Positions 7,325 to 9,547 of a stretch of DNA of 9,547 nucleotides are shown here, piece by piece. The position numbers and the translations under genes were made by a program. How positions within the stretch are numbered: the first letter of the stretch is position 1; every line of letters begins with the position of its first letter. The notes beneath the pieces were generated by a model. It was not told the DNA's origin, made no database searches, and was given only the letters and a program-made list of their open reading frames with translations. The stretch comes from Geosiphon pyriformis uo1 (Eukaryota > Fungi > Glomeromycota): positions 1 through 9,547 of the forward strand of contig JAAOMT010000021.1 of assembly GCA_016748015.1 (NCBI GenBank), given 5' to 3'.

Positions 7325-9547
7325 AATTTTTAAAACAAATATTAAATAAAAAAATTGCATATTAATTCTTTTATTAGAAATAAAAATTTATATATAAAAT
7401 AAATTAAAATTAATTATTATTTAATTAATATAAAAATAAAGTTGTAAATTATTTAGATAACAAACAGTTAGTTTTATTTATTTATTGTTTATTAAAATTA
7501 ACAAAAAGTATTTTGTGTTTGAAAAAGTAACTGTTTTAAATAATATTTGCTATTTTACAATTAATTTGTTTGATTTTGTTTATTGTATTTAATTAAAAGA
7601 CTGTTTATGTATTAAATATATAAATAAAAAATAAATATTAATTAAGATTATTATTGTTTAAAATATTTTAACAATTAATTAATTTTTAGATTTACAAATA
7701 ATAAAACATTTTATTTTGTATATATTATATAAAAATTTTATATAATAACTATTAATAATCAACTTTATAATATTAATTATTTAAAAAAAAAGAATTATAA
7801 TTATATTTGCTTATATAAAAAAGATAAAGCTAAATAAAATTCAATAATTTTTGTTGAATAAAATCTTAAAACACTTTGTAATTATTGTTTGAAATATATA
7901 TAAATATTGAATTATATAATAACATCAAAAGATTTCTATGTTATTTTGATAAAAACAAAATAATATGTTTTGGTTTTGATTTTAAAATTTTTATTTCTGT
8001 TAAATGAATTCATGCACAGTAGATTATTTCTTCATTTTTGAAAAGCTTTCAAATAAAAAAACAGAATCAAAAAAAAATAAACAAAAAGTTTAATAAAAAA
8101 ATATAAATTTTCAAAAATAAAAGTATTGCAAACAGTTTATAATATTGTTTTTTTTTAATTGTTAATATAAATTGATAAATTTGGATTAAAAATAAAAAGT
8201 AATTAGGGATAATTAGATTAAGGCTGTCTTAAATCCAAATTTAGATATAAGGAGAATATAGATAACTAACTTTTCCTACTTATATATTATAATTTTTCAG
8301 AGTAAAATAGTAATGCTTTTGTCTTATACTTATTAGCTCATATTTAATTTCCAGACTATTCCTGATAATGTACTATCTTGATCTTGAAAATTTGTTTTTC
8401 ATGATTTATTTTAAATGCATGAAAGATTAATTTTCATTTAATTATTAATTTTTCTTAAATAAATTTTGCTAAAATTTTTTGAATGCTTTATACGCTTTTG
8501 TAAGCTAGTAAAAAAAAAATTTCGATTATATTAGCTTAATTTGAAAATTATAAATATAATATTTAATGTTTTCAACAATATCTTTAATTGCAAGTAGTTT
8601 ATTAATTGTAATAATGTACATTGTAATTTGAACAAATCTTACATATTTATTAATAAATTACTAAATATATCCATATATAAATATATTCAATTTTAAAAAT
8701 ATCTGTTTTATTATATAAAAGTCAAAATAAGGAGTTTATAGGCAACAAAAAGCAAAAATTTAAAATAATAAAATAAATAAAAATTAAATAGGAAAAGGAA
8801 ATTAATTGTATAAATTAATAAAAAATTTTATATTTACAAAAATAATTTATAAAGTTAATGAAATATTTTAAACAAATTCCGAAAATATTTGTTTAATAAA
8901 AAATATTAAATAACTTAATTAATACTTAGCTAAATAATTAAAAATGTCATATATTATTTGATCAGAAATATTATTAAACATAATTAATTTCTTTTAATAA
9001 AATTTTATTTTTTAAAATTTCAACAATTTTATTTAAGACTTTAATAATTTGAATATTATTTAATAAACATAATTTTTAATTTTATGTTAAATTTTTTTTA
9101 TTGGTTTAAAACCTCAATTAAAAAAAATCTAATAAAATATTATAATGTTAAATTGTCACATAACTACAATTTTAATTAATATCATGTTTATTTCTTATAT
9201 TTGAAAATTTTATTTTATCCCTATACTTTAGAATGATTATTTTATAATTCAAATATTATATATATATTGTTATGCTAAAGCTAAAAATGGTTATTGTAAA
9301 AACTAGTATTAAAAATCTTGAAATACAAAATACTTGTAATCGAAATTTTAGTTCATAATAATTATATTTTATCAAAAAATTTGGAATTAAAATACAAATA
9401 AAAATAACATATGATTTAAAATATTTTTAATATATACAACTCAAATTATGTTTAATAATAGTAAAAAAAAATAAAGATTCAATTTTGTCATTTACGTAAC
9501 TGCTTTTTTAATTAAATTTAATCAATCTAAACTTATTATCTTATATT
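7325..9547. other. Extremely AT-rich low-complexity intergenic DNA
   Basis: No ORF of 60 aa or more in the track, dominated by A/T runs, no recognisable motifs. Slightly more complex around 8200-8510. Confidence 0.75.

Noticed and set aside
7639-7648. Third copy of taattaagat as an alternative right TSD
   Set aside because: It lies over 400 nt from the ORF1 start in featureless AT DNA and lacks the TT/AAAA context. Kept only as a caveat on TSD specificity.
8037-8053. Near-palindrome tttgaaaagctttcaaa
   Set aside because: Short, imperfect and isolated; expected by chance at this composition.
7325-9547. CRISPR array, tandem satellite or RNA gene in the AT-rich tail
   Set aside because: No regularly spaced repeat unit and no GC-rich structured segment resembling tRNA or rRNA.

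Overview
AT-rich, almost CpG-free eukaryotic DNA. Its main feature is one near full-length but dead non-LTR retrotransposon (LINE) on the minus strand (~870-7311). In order it has a short 5' UTR, ORF1 (RRM-like domains, one CCHC zinc knuckle, C-terminal coiled coil) and ORF2 (APE endonuclease, reverse transcriptase, RNase H, C-terminal zinc finger). It ends in a ~120-nt 3' UTR with a stem-loop and a short poly(A), with a candidate target-site duplication at a TT/AAAA site. Both ORFs are broken by stops and homopolymer frameshifts, mostly through C>T/G>A transitions that also hit non-CpG contexts. The minus-strand ORFs in the supplied track are fragments of this element; the plus-strand ORFs are antisense shadows. 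The left edge may hold a much older tyrosine-recombinase (Crypton-like) relic, and the right 2.2 kb is very AT-rich non-coding DNA. From recall only (no search run), the proteins resemble LINE families of Glomeromycotina fungi such as Geosiphon. I see no intact gene and no clear evidence of a new multi-gene system. The most interesting signals are the RIP-like hypermutation, a fossil AUGA stop/start overlap, two in-frame ORF2 deletions and the 3' hairpin.
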